From: an uncultured Bacteroidales bacterium
GTDB taxonomy: Bacteria; Bacteroidota; Bacteroidia; Bacteroidales; UBA3663
NCBI GenBank assembly: GCA_902770595.1
Contig: CACXTQ010000004.1
Span: 3,445-67,444 of the forward strand
Reading direction: 5' to 3'
DNA: 64,000 nucleotides
Shown here: one piece after another, positions 25,246-33,531 of the stretch
Position numbering within the stretch: position 1 is the first letter of the stretch
Layout: the number at the start of each line of letters is the position of its first letter
Position numbers and translations under genes: made by a program
The notes under the pieces: generated by a model
Told to the model about the DNA's origin: nothing
Database searches by the model: none
The model's input: the letters and a program-made list of their open reading frames with translations, nothing else

Positions 25246-26088
25246 TCAGAATGTCTTGATGTAATGTCCTTTCTCCTGCAGCCGTCCGATGACCTCAACA
25301 AAACGAGGCGGCAGCTTGTCGAGCGCATCACCGGCAAGGTCAGAGGGGATTTCCTTATAGAAGGCTTCGGCTATGCCGCCCGTGATGCAGGCAAGGGTGT
25401 CGCTGTCGCCACCCAGAGTGACAGCCAGTCGAATGGCATCCTCGTAGTCTCGACTGTCGAGGAAAGCGACGATTGCTTCGGGTACCGTGCCCTGGCAACT
25501 GCCATTGAAATGGTAAGTCGGACGAATCTCATCACAGGTACGATGCAGGTCGTAGCCATATTTCTCTTCGATGTACTTGCGAATTTCCTCCTTCGTGCTG
25601 CCTGTCCGTGCCATAAAGATGGCTGCCGCCGTGGCTTGTGCTCCCTTGATGCCTTCGGGGTGATTGTGGGTAATGGATGCCGAGATTTCGGCAGCATTCT
25701 CAGTCTGCCAAAGTGTATCGAACATCCAACCTACTGCCGAAACACGCATAGCCGAGCCATTGCCCCAGGAGTTGTAGGGGACTCGTTCGCCGCCTATATA
25801 GAAACCACGATAGTCCTTGAGTTGCTCGGGATAGAAGAGCCAGGTGCGGAAGCCACCACCATATCCTCCCATCGGGCATGGAAATTCGTTGGCAAACTCC
25901 ACCAGTTTCTGTTCCAGAACCGCGTGCGAGAGGTTGGGGTCATCGAGAAGCCACTCGGCAACTGCCACAGTGCAGATGCTGTCGTCAGTGAAATTGCTAA
26001 ACAGGTCGAAGAGCGGGAAGTTGTAGTCATGCGTGTTGCAGAACTCAAATGTTGATCCAGCGATATCGCCTATGATTGCTCCTAACAT
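25246..26088 (-). CDS. ADP-ribosylglycohydrolase family protein
   Basis: The ATG at 26088 gives MLGAIIGDIAGSTFEF. The C-terminus has GGDSDTLACITGGIAEAFY. Both are signature ARH/DraG-family motifs. Confidence 0.8.
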   Translation of the reverse strand: MLGAIIGDIAGSTFEFCNTHDYNFPLFDLFSNFTDDSICTVAVAEWLLDDPNLSHAVLEQKLVEFANEFPCPMGGYGGGFRTWLFYPEQLKDYRGFYIGGERVPYNSWGNGSAMRVSAVGWMFDTLWQTENAAEISASITHNHPEGIKGAQATAAAIFMARTGSTKEEIRKYIEEKYGYDLHRTCDEIRPTYHFNGSCQGTVPEAIVAFLDSRDYEDAIRLAVTLGGDSDTLACITGGIAEAFYKEIPSDLAGDALDKLPPRFVEVIGRLQEKGHYIKTF

Positions 26089-26167
26089 AAGTGTAAGTTT
26101 TAGAATTTGGTTATTATTGTTGTTGGTAGTTCCCGGCAGCGATGCCACCGGAAACAAGTGAATGGAA

Positions 26168-26791
26168 TTACTCCTCAATAGCCTTGACGTAAAAATATTT
26201 CGGATATCGACCGACGACGAAGAGCGTCACTGGGCAAAGCCAAAGGGTGCGAGGCATCGATTCTCCAGTCAGTGGGTGTTTGCGCATGAACTGTTCAGCC
26301 TTGTTTCCTCGAACCGTATAAGTGGCACCTCCTGTCAACGAAGACTGAGTCTGAGACAATTCGTGCCAACCGTCCTGCATAAGCTGCTGGAATTCCACCT
26401 CGTCAAGTTTTTCGGAAGTAGCCTTAGCGATAATCGAGACACGATCCTTACCTTCGCTCAAGAGGTCCAGGAACTTGTCCGCGCCACAAACCATCTCAAG
26501 GTTTCCCTTCTTCCAAGGCCAATTCGGGAAATCAACATACCATCGATATTCCTCTTCGCGATTGAAGGAGAGCTTGTATTCCTCCTTACGACCAGTAATG
26601 GCACTGCCCAAAAGCCTTACCAGCTTCATTACGCTCATTCCGTCCACATCACCATAACCGGACAACTGTTCGGTCACGACATTGCGAATCTCGGAAATCG
26701 AGAGGCTATCGGCTGTCATCTGATCATTGTCACGAACTGTCTTCTTCAAATTTTCAATGTTGCTCATTGTGCTTGCTGTTTGGTTAAACAT
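26168..26791 (-). CDS. Hypothetical protein (207 aa), family not recognised
   Basis: A clean ORF co-directional with the ARH and vWA genes; contains WYVDFPNWPWKKGNLEMVCGADKFLDLL. The start could alternatively be the second Met (26767). Confidence 0.55.
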   Translation of the reverse strand: MFNQTASTMSNIENLKKTVRDNDQMTADSLSISEIRNVVTEQLSGYGDVDGMSVMKLVRLLGSAITGRKEEYKLSFNREEEYRWYVDFPNWPWKKGNLEMVCGADKFLDLLSEGKDRVSIIAKATSEKLDEVEFQQLMQDGWHELSQTQSSLTGGATYTVRGNKAEQFMRKHPLTGESMPRTLWLCPVTLFVVGRYPKYFYVKAIEE

Positions 26792-26851
26792 TCGGAGATT
26801 TGTAATATCACATTATTATGTGTCAAAAAGACCAAAAGGTAAACATATTTC

Positions 26852-26859
26852 CAAAAATA
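26852..26859 (-). promoter_or_regulatory. -7 promoter box (TATTTTTG on minus strand)
   Basis: TAnnTTTG match 60 nt upstream of the ATG at 26791. Confidence 0.4.
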
Positions 26860-26955
26860 GGAAGAATTTTGTACAAAAGAATGTAAATCTTCAGCCATAT
26901 AAGGGAAATAAGACCTTCTGCCACCTAATAGAGCAAAGCGTATGCCAAAAAGAAA

Positions 26956-26974
26956 GTGCGTCAAATTGACACAC
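26956..26974. promoter_or_regulatory. 19-bp near-perfect palindrome GTGCGTCAA-A-TTGACACAC (candidate operator)
   Basis: 8 of 9 arm positions pair. It lies between the NrtR-like gene and the downstream three-gene unit. Confidence 0.35.
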
Positions 26975-27007
26975 TTTAATATAACAACTAAAGAAGGGAT
27001 TGTTGCT

Positions 27008-27040
27008 AAAAAGAAAAATACTGACAATCTGTCACAGATT
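27008..27040 (-). terminator. Weak hairpin (AATCTGT-C-ACAGATT) plus U-rich tract after the NrtR-like gene
   Basis: Palindrome at 27026-27040, followed on the minus strand by GTCAGTATTTTTCTTTTT. The stem is short and AT-rich. Confidence 0.35.
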
Positions 27041-27049
27041 CGTGAGAGA

Positions 27050-27820
27050 TCAGAAAATCAAGTTCGAGAGTCTGCCGGTGCGCTTGAATTCCTCGTACTT
27101 CTCGAGATTGAGCTGATAGTTGATGTTCCTCGATTCAGTGGGGAATACATCAAGAATGCCACTGTCGAGCATCTTACGAGCAAAATTGCGACGGTCGAAA
27201 TTCTTTTCGAGGATGGCCTCATAGAGTTTCTGGAGCGTCGTCATCGAGAATCGCTTGGGCAGCAGCTTGAAGGCCAAAGGCTCGAAGCACAACTGCTGCT
27301 GGAGGCGAATATGGGCTGCAGTAATGATTTCGTCGTGGTCGAAAGCCAGAAAACGCATACCATCAGGCAGATTCTTGATGGTATTGAGCACCTGATAAAG
27401 TGGAACCCACTTGGCATCGGCCGCATCGTCTCCACCCCGAACAGGTTGGATGGTCACCAAGGCATAATAGGCATCGGTGATGGTAATGCATCGAGGATCT
27501 CGACCTGGAGTACTCCAGGTACCAAGTTCATAGATGTTCTGAACATCAAAACCCGTCTCCTCCTTCAGCTCTCGTTTAGCACATTCAAGGAGACTCTCGT
27601 TCTTCTCCTCGACCACCAGACCATATTGATTGGTCTTGGCCTCAATTTTGATGAAACCACCCGGCAGAGCATAACGACCCTTGAAAGGTTCGATACCTCG
27701 TTCGATGAGCAAAACCTTTAGGAGTTCATCGGTCATATCGAAACCGAAAATGACACAATCGGTGGTGACTGCGGGTCGTGGATAGATATATCCGAAATTA
27801 GGTTTTTCGTGATTCTCCAT
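27050..27820 (-). CDS. nrtR: NrtR-family Nudix-related transcriptional regulator
   Basis: A Nudix core ...ECAKRELKEETGF plus a C-terminal winged-helix segment FSMTTLQKLYEAILEKNFDRRNFARKMLDSGIL, which matches the NrtR C-terminal domain pattern. Confidence 0.75.
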   Translation of the reverse strand: MENHEKPNFGYIYPRPAVTTDCVIFGFDMTDELLKVLLIERGIEPFKGRYALPGGFIKIEAKTNQYGLVVEEKNESLLECAKRELKEETGFDVQNIYELGTWSTPGRDPRCITITDAYYALVTIQPVRGGDDAADAKWVPLYQVLNTIKNLPDGMRFLAFDHDEIITAAHIRLQQQLCFEPLAFKLLPKRFSMTTLQKLYEAILEKNFDRRNFARKMLDSGILDVFPTESRNINYQLNLEKYEEFKRTGRLSNLIF

Positions 27821-27840
27821 AATTATTGCGTTTGTTTGTG

Positions 27841-27848
27841 CAAAGATA
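27841..27848 (-). promoter_or_regulatory. -7 promoter box (TATCTTTG on minus strand)
   Basis: TAnnTTTG match 20 nt upstream of the ATG at 27820. Confidence 0.5.
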
Positions 27849-27924
27849 CGGGATTTCTACGACAAAAACAAGTCTTTGAAGATTTTTCTTACAAAAAATG
27901 CGTAAATTTTACACAAAGGCACTT

Positions 27925-29136
27925 TTATGCAGTCTCTTTCTTCATCTTTGGCAGATAGACGGCGATGATGCCAAGCAAAGGAAGCAGGGCGCTGACCTTG
28001 AAGATGAAGAGGATGCTGGTCTGATCGGCCAACCATCCGAAGAAACTGCTGCCAAGTCCTCCCAGTCCGAACGAAAGTCCATAGAAGATGCCAGCCACCG
28101 TGCCTGTATGATGCGGCATGAGATCGGTGGCATAAACGAGAATGGCCGAGAATGCGGACGCCATGACCATACCAATCACGATGGAGAGACCAATAGTAGC
28201 GACAAAGCCATCGAGATAAGGAAGAAGCAATGTGAATGGTGCTGCCCCAAATATCGAGAACCATATCACATACTTTCGACCATACTTGTCACCAATCCAT
28301 CCTCCCACGATGGTTCCAACGACCTGAGAGGCAAGGAAGGCGAAGAGACAGACTTGTGCATTGGCCACCGTAATGTGGAACTTGTCGATGAGGAAAAATG
28401 TGAAATAATTGGTCATACTCGAAGTATAGAAATTCTTCGAGAACATCAGCATGAATAGGATGAAGATGAAGAAATAGATTCTTCGCCGGCTATATTGTTT
28501 CACCGTAGCCCAATGCTCGACGGCTTTCTTTCGTGCTTCTTTCATCTCCTTCACAAGCCATCGACCAATGTAGCCTAAGATGATGGCAAGAAAGATGGCT
28601 ACGAAGGCGAGCAGGCGAACACCGGCAAGCCCTCTTGGCAATACGATGAGTGCGGCAAGTAATGGACCAATGGAATAACCTCCATTGCCGCCTACCTGGA
28701 AGATGCTTTGCGCCAATCCCTTCCTTCCTCCCGATGCTACCTGTGCCACTTGCGAAGCCTGCGGATGGAAAATGGATGAACCGCATCCCATCAAAACTAC
28801 TGCCATCAGGATCATCTCATAGCTCGTGGCATAAGACAACAGCAGGATGCCTGACAGTGTAAAGAGCATGCTCACCGACAACTGCCAGGAATGGTGGTGT
28901 TTGTCGGCATAAAACCCAACAAACGGTTGCAGGATGGACGATGTGACCTGAAGCACCAAAGTGATGGCTCCAATCTGAGCAAAACTCAGACTGAAGTCCT
29001 CCTTCAGAACAGGAAAGAGTGCAGGAATCATCGACTGCATCGTGTCATTGAGCAAATGACAGAAACTGACGATGAAGAGTATTGTAAAGGCGGTTTGGCC
29101 TGTCCTTCTTGGCTTGGACAATTCCTTTTCGTTCAT
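27925..29136 (-). CDS. MFS transporter, Fsr (fosmidomycin-resistance)-like
   Basis: 403 aa with ~12 TM segments. The N-terminus FCHLLNDTMQSMIPALFPVLKEDFSLSFAQIG is typical of the Fsr subgroup. Confidence 0.75.
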   Translation of the reverse strand: MNEKELSKPRRTGQTAFTILFIVSFCHLLNDTMQSMIPALFPVLKEDFSLSFAQIGAITLVLQVTSSILQPFVGFYADKHHHSWQLSVSMLFTLSGILLLSYATSYEMILMAVVLMGCGSSIFHPQASQVAQVASGGRKGLAQSIFQVGGNGGYSIGPLLAALIVLPRGLAGVRLLAFVAIFLAIILGYIGRWLVKEMKEARKKAVEHWATVKQYSRRRIYFFIFILFMLMFSKNFYTSSMTNYFTFFLIDKFHITVANAQVCLFAFLASQVVGTIVGGWIGDKYGRKYVIWFSIFGAAPFTLLLPYLDGFVATIGLSIVIGMVMASAFSAILVYATDLMPHHTGTVAGIFYGLSFGLGGLGSSFFGWLADQTSILFIFKVSALLPLLGIIAVYLPKMKKETA

Positions 29137-29195
29137 TTATAATATATATAATGTGTAGATTGGGCTACAAAGACAAGCGATGGCAACAATCGAAA

Positions 29196-29225
29196 CTGGC
29201 CAGCAGATGAAGTTCTGCCGGCCAG
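29196..29225 (-). terminator. Hairpin CTGGCCAGCAG...CTGCCGGCCAG downstream of the C10 peptidase gene
   Basis: A GC-rich imperfect inverted repeat 28 nt after the stop at 29253. A modest T-rich run follows on the minus strand. Confidence 0.45.
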
Positions 29226-29252
29226 CGTAAACGGAGAGCTCATCCAGCGATG

Positions 29253-32200
29253 CTATCGAAGGATCTTCTTTCCATTCAAGATATAGAAGCCCGACTGGGG
29301 AACTGATACCCTACGGCCCTGCAGGTCATAGAGGACAGCCTCGGGTTCGTCAACACGAATCGTACTGATGCCGCCAGGTTCATTTTCGAAATTAACAGGA
29401 ATCGAAAGGGCCGTAGCGCCTTCGAGCACAAGATAGGCATCGCCTGCCAAAACGATATCCGAAGAGTTGGCCACAAACGAACCATCCTGATAGATGTAGG
29501 CATCCTTGATTTCGGAAAGGTCGGTATCAGCAAGGGCTGCAACGAGCAGGTTGCCGGTAACGTCGGTCGTAGCTTCTGCGTCGTTGGTTGGGAATACCAG
29601 GATTGACTGTCCTCCGACGAGCAGGCCACTGCCGGCAGGAAGCACACCCTGCACAGCCGAAGCAAGAATCTTGCCAGATTCGCTGTCATAACCCACCTTG
29701 TAGGCCGTAGTTGAAACCTCATCGGCCAATGCCTCGAAGTCATTATCAACAACGATGATTCCATCGAGGTCGATATTCTTCGACGAAGAGAAGCCCTGGA
29801 CACCAGCTTTGCCGAAAGCCTTGAAGAGACTAACGTTCGAGAACAATTTCCATCCATCAGCCACGCAATAGGAAACCTCGGTGCCAACTGGGATGATGAC
29901 CTGAACCTTGTCGCAATCCAAACCTGCAAAGGTACCCGAACTATTACCCGTGAGACAAGAAGGAGCCTTACGGCGTTGCGGCACGATCATCGTAAGCTCT
30001 TCGCATCCATTGAAGCAGGCCGAGCCGAACCTCATTACACTCTCAGGAAGGATAAGGCGAGTGATGGCCGTACCCGCGAAACTACCATCTCCGATGATGG
30101 TCAAGGAATCGGGCAGATTGTTCACCACTCCCTTCGCAGATGGATAGCAGTTCAAGGTCTTGCCTTCGCTTGAGAACAACATGCCATCGTGAGCCGAATA
30201 TTTTTCATTTTTCTCGTCCACTTGAATATCGGCAATACTTCTGCACCCTGCAAAGGCACCGGGACCAATGCTCTTGACCGGTGCGGGAATCGTGAGACTC
30301 GTCAGGCTCGAGCAATCCTCGAAGCAATATTCGCCTATTGTGGTGAGCTGAGCGGGAAGCACAACGCTCAACAACTCTGTACAACCATAGAACGCATTCT
30401 TATCGAGGGCGGTTACCACATATTTCTTGTTGTTCGAAACAACGGTGTCGGGTATAACAATATGCCCAACATATGCATCGCGGCCAGCTACGACCTTGGC
30501 TTCCTGCGTATCGGGAGTCAACTTGTAGCGAATGCCATCGATAGTCTGGTCGCCACCATTGATGCTGACGGTACAACTGCCGAAGACACACTTTCCATTC
30601 GGGTCAGATGCGAAACTAACGGTCCACGCTCCACTTGCCGAGGGCTTGAACGTGAACGACGCCCGAAGACTGTCATGTGCCTGAACGGAGAAGCCTTCGA
30701 ACGAAGAATACCGCCCACTCAGCGACTTGCCTTCACCACGATTGGAGAAAAGATAAATCGGGCCATAGTAATCCTGATCAGTATCGTTGCGGAAAGTGAC
30801 TTTGAAAGTCTGCGGCTGGCTGACGAACAGATCGCCCTCAAACGTGTAATTCTCGGTCTGTATCTTGTTCCAAATAGTGTTGAATTCCAACGAACCATCC
30901 TCCCCTACCATCACATCGGCATAAGGATAAACATTGTACGACCAAACACTATCACCTTCCATGCGGAAAATAGGAACCAGACGATGAGTGCCTGCATCAA
31001 GTTCCGACACGCGGAATTCCACGTCTTCCTCGCCCCACAAACTACGGATAGTCTCTTTGTGCATGGTACTGGCGACAGGAGTAGCTACACCATCAACCAA
31101 GTCTCCCAGACCAAACTCGAAGACATGGGTCGCATATGTGATGTTGTAATATTCCAAGAGGACGCCTCGATCAGTTACACCCACGATATTCATTGAAAAG
31201 GATGGAACCTCGGTCTTGGTCTGAAGTCCTGGTTTAAGGAAGATGACATCCTGGTCGAAACTGAAACCGTCGCTCGAACTGCTCGAGCCAAGGCTGGTGT
31301 TGTTGTAAGGATTGAGCACCGAGAGGAGGAAATAGTCGTCGCTCACTCCACCCCATCCCCAGTTGATATGGAAATAGTGGTTGCTATCGTAGCCATCGAC
31401 CACGAAACTATGCCCACCACCTGTCGACATGCCATTAAAGATCACAGGATAGCCTGTTGCAAGTTGCTGATAAATGGAATCCTCGAAAGCCACGAGCGGA
31501 TAGTTCTTGCGATAGAGTTGGGTGGCCTGATAGTCGAAACAAGTGCTGATTCCAGGGACCATATCCTGGCTGAAGACACCCGAACCCATGTAGTCGTAAT
31601 CCATCTTGATGCTTCGACCCACATAGCTCATCAGTTCGGCAACAGCCTGTCGTGATGCGCTGCTCGAATTAGACTTATAAGTGTCAATCATTGAATCCCA
31701 GTCGATTACAGTACCTTCAGGGACGGCATCCATATGGTAATGACGCGATGATGTGTAATAAGAAGGTATCTCGGCTATGGTGGCAGCAGGCCATTTGTGA
31801 TAATACATGACCTGAGCCGTCGATGTGGCAGCACAACCAGTAGGACTTCCACCAGGACAGAGGGCGTTGTAAGGCGTGCCCTGGTCCCAACGGCTGCTCA
31901 TCAATGGCTCGATGGGATCATAATCCTGTTCTTCGGCACGACGCGGTGCACGTTGAACCTCGGAGATTTTAGCATCGTCGAGGTATTGGATTTCGTCGGC
32001 GTAAGTTTGAAGAAACGACTTGAAATGCATCGGCAATTGCGACTCATCGAATGTTCCCTTATAGGCATAGCCAAAAACTTCGGCAGTACGGTCATCACCC
32101 GACACAATCACATATCCCCGGTTCTGCGGAGCATTGAACACATAATAGTAAGCATTTTCATCGGCAACCTGTCCACAGCGGGGTGCCTTGAAAGCCATCT

Positions 32201-32342
32201 CGGCATTTTCGGTTGTCATGCCCTTTTCAATCATAAACTGACGGGCAATCTCCTGAGCCTGTTGACGGGTAACAGGGGCAGCGCTAGCCAACACAGGAAT
32301 CACAACCAACAAAGTGGATAAAACAAGAGTCCTATTATACAT
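29253..32342 (-). CDS. C10-family cysteine peptidase (streptopain-like) with BspA-type leucine-rich repeats and a T9SS C-terminal domain
   Basis: Signal peptide and propeptide (PVTRQQAQEIARQFM); C10 core (SSRWDQGTPYNALCP...GCAATSTAQVMYYHKWP...GGHSFVVDGY); LRRs (FYGCTELLSVVLP...IGEYCFEDCSSLTSLTIP); tail VLYDLQGRRVSVPQSGFYILNGKKILR. Confidence 0.85.
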   Translation of the reverse strand: MYNRTLVLSTLLVVIPVLASAAPVTRQQAQEIARQFMIEKGMTTENAEMAFKAPRCGQVADENAYYYVFNAPQNRGYVIVSGDDRTAEVFGYAYKGTFDESQLPMHFKSFLQTYADEIQYLDDAKISEVQRAPRRAEEQDYDPIEPLMSSRWDQGTPYNALCPGGSPTGCAATSTAQVMYYHKWPAATIAEIPSYYTSSRHYHMDAVPEGTVIDWDSMIDTYKSNSSSASRQAVAELMSYVGRSIKMDYDYMGSGVFSQDMVPGISTCFDYQATQLYRKNYPLVAFEDSIYQQLATGYPVIFNGMSTGGGHSFVVDGYDSNHYFHINWGWGGVSDDYFLLSVLNPYNNTSLGSSSSSDGFSFDQDVIFLKPGLQTKTEVPSFSMNIVGVTDRGVLLEYYNITYATHVFEFGLGDLVDGVATPVASTMHKETIRSLWGEEDVEFRVSELDAGTHRLVPIFRMEGDSVWSYNVYPYADVMVGEDGSLEFNTIWNKIQTENYTFEGDLFVSQPQTFKVTFRNDTDQDYYGPIYLFSNRGEGKSLSGRYSSFEGFSVQAHDSLRASFTFKPSASGAWTVSFASDPNGKCVFGSCTVSINGGDQTIDGIRYKLTPDTQEAKVVAGRDAYVGHIVIPDTVVSNNKKYVVTALDKNAFYGCTELLSVVLPAQLTTIGEYCFEDCSSLTSLTIPAPVKSIGPGAFAGCRSIADIQVDEKNEKYSAHDGMLFSSEGKTLNCYPSAKGVVNNLPDSLTIIGDGSFAGTAITRLILPESVMRFGSACFNGCEELTMIVPQRRKAPSCLTGNSSGTFAGLDCDKVQVIIPVGTEVSYCVADGWKLFSNVSLFKAFGKAGVQGFSSSKNIDLDGIIVVDNDFEALADEVSTTAYKVGYDSESGKILASAVQGVLPAGSGLLVGGQSILVFPTNDAEATTDVTGNLLVAALADTDLSEIKDAYIYQDGSFVANSSDIVLAGDAYLVLEGATALSIPVNFENEPGGISTIRVDEPEAVLYDLQGRRVSVPQSGFYILNGKKILR

Positions 32343-32371
32343 TATAAATATATATTAAATAAAAACGGGCG

Positions 32372-32379
32372 CAAAAATA
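32372..32379 (-). promoter_or_regulatory. -7 promoter box (TATTTTTG on minus strand)
   Basis: TAnnTTTG match 29 nt upstream of the ATG at 32342. Confidence 0.5.
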
Positions 32380-32488
32380 CTGATAATTTCAACAAAATGC
32401 AAGTTTTGAGAAAAAAATGATATAAAATAACCGTATTTTTGTAAATAATTTCCCCAAATGCTTTCATTTGTCCACGAAAAAAGAGTTG

Positions 32489-33424
32489 TCATTCTTCATT
32501 TACTTCGAACAGTGGACCTACAAGTATATCTTCCAAAGGGACCTTGTTCCACGAAAATTCCGATACAAGTTCCTGTGCTGATACGGGTTCCGTATGGTCA
32601 ATGATTCCTGCATAGAAGGCTAGTTTCCCAATCACCGCCTCAGGCAAGTGTCCAGCCTTGCGTATCTCTCCCAGGTCAAGGCTCTTATCGCGCTTGCAGA
32701 GACGTTGCCCGGCGAGGTTGCAAAGCAGTGGCAAATGACAGAAAGTGGGAGTCGCAAAGCCGAGCAGACGATACAGGTAGATTTGTTGGGGTGCCGAGAG
32801 CAGCAGGTCTCGCCCTCGCACCACCTCAGTGATGCCCATCAAGGCATCATCAACCACCACCGCCAACTGATAAGCCCACGCTCCATCGGCACGCCGCAAG
32901 ACGAAATCACCGCAATGACGGGCCAGATTGACCGATTGCTCGCCATAATGTGCATCGACGAAGCAAATATCTTCATCGGGTACTATGATTCGTGTAGCAG
33001 GTTTTCGGCCCGAAGGATGCTCATCGACGTTGAGCCAAGCCTCTTCCAAATGATTCGGACGGCATGTGCCTGCATACACAATCCGTCCATCCGACTCATG
33101 GGGAGCCTGTGTGGCCATGATATCGGCACGAGTGCAATAGCAGGGATAGGTTAGGCTCTTCTGACCTAACACTTCCAAATAATGTGTATAGATCTCCCCT
33201 CGTTCGCTTTGGACAAAGTATTCGTCCCAATCCAAGCCCAACCACCGCAGGTCATCTTCGATCTGCTGGGCAAATTCTCGACGCGAACGCTGGGGGTCCA
33301 GATCTTCGATGCGCAACACCCACGAACCACCCTGGCTCCTGACCGAAAGCCAGGAGAGAAGTGCCGAATAAACGTTGCCAAGATGCATTCTTCCCGTCGG
33401 TGAGGGGGCAAATCTTCCTTTCAT
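32489..33424 (-). CDS. gluQ: Glutamyl-Q tRNA(Asp) synthetase
   Basis: The ATG at 33424 gives MKGRFAPSPTGRMHLGN (class I HIGH region). At ~311 aa it is a truncated GluRS paralog without an anticodon-binding domain. Confidence 0.8.
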   Translation of the reverse strand: MKGRFAPSPTGRMHLGNVYSALLSWLSVRSQGGSWVLRIEDLDPQRSRREFAQQIEDDLRWLGLDWDEYFVQSERGEIYTHYLEVLGQKSLTYPCYCTRADIMATQAPHESDGRIVYAGTCRPNHLEEAWLNVDEHPSGRKPATRIIVPDEDICFVDAHYGEQSVNLARHCGDFVLRRADGAWAYQLAVVVDDALMGITEVVRGRDLLLSAPQQIYLYRLLGFATPTFCHLPLLCNLAGQRLCKRDKSLDLGEIRKAGHLPEAVIGKLAFYAGIIDHTEPVSAQELVSEFSWNKVPLEDILVGPLFEVNEE

Positions 33425-33429
33425 GGGCA

Positions 33430-33437
33430 CAAAGATA
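33430..33437 (-). promoter_or_regulatory. -7 promoter box (TATCTTTG on minus strand) only 5 nt from the gluQ ATG
   Basis: TAnnTTTG match. The spacing implies a leaderless or near-leaderless mRNA. Confidence 0.45.
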
Positions 33438-33531
33438 CTACTTTTTTTGTTCCATTGGACAATTTTATACAATAAAATGCGGAAAACTACGTTTATTGGT
33501 TAGCGTTCATTTCGAAAAACGACAAAAGGAC

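Noticed and set aside
32434-32441. Plus-strand TAnnTTTG match (TATTTTTG) pointing into the 3' end of the minus-strand gluQ gene
   Set aside because: There is no plus-strand ORF downstream, and a single 8-mer match in an AT-rich spacer is expected by chance. An antisense RNA cannot be excluded, but nothing else supports it.
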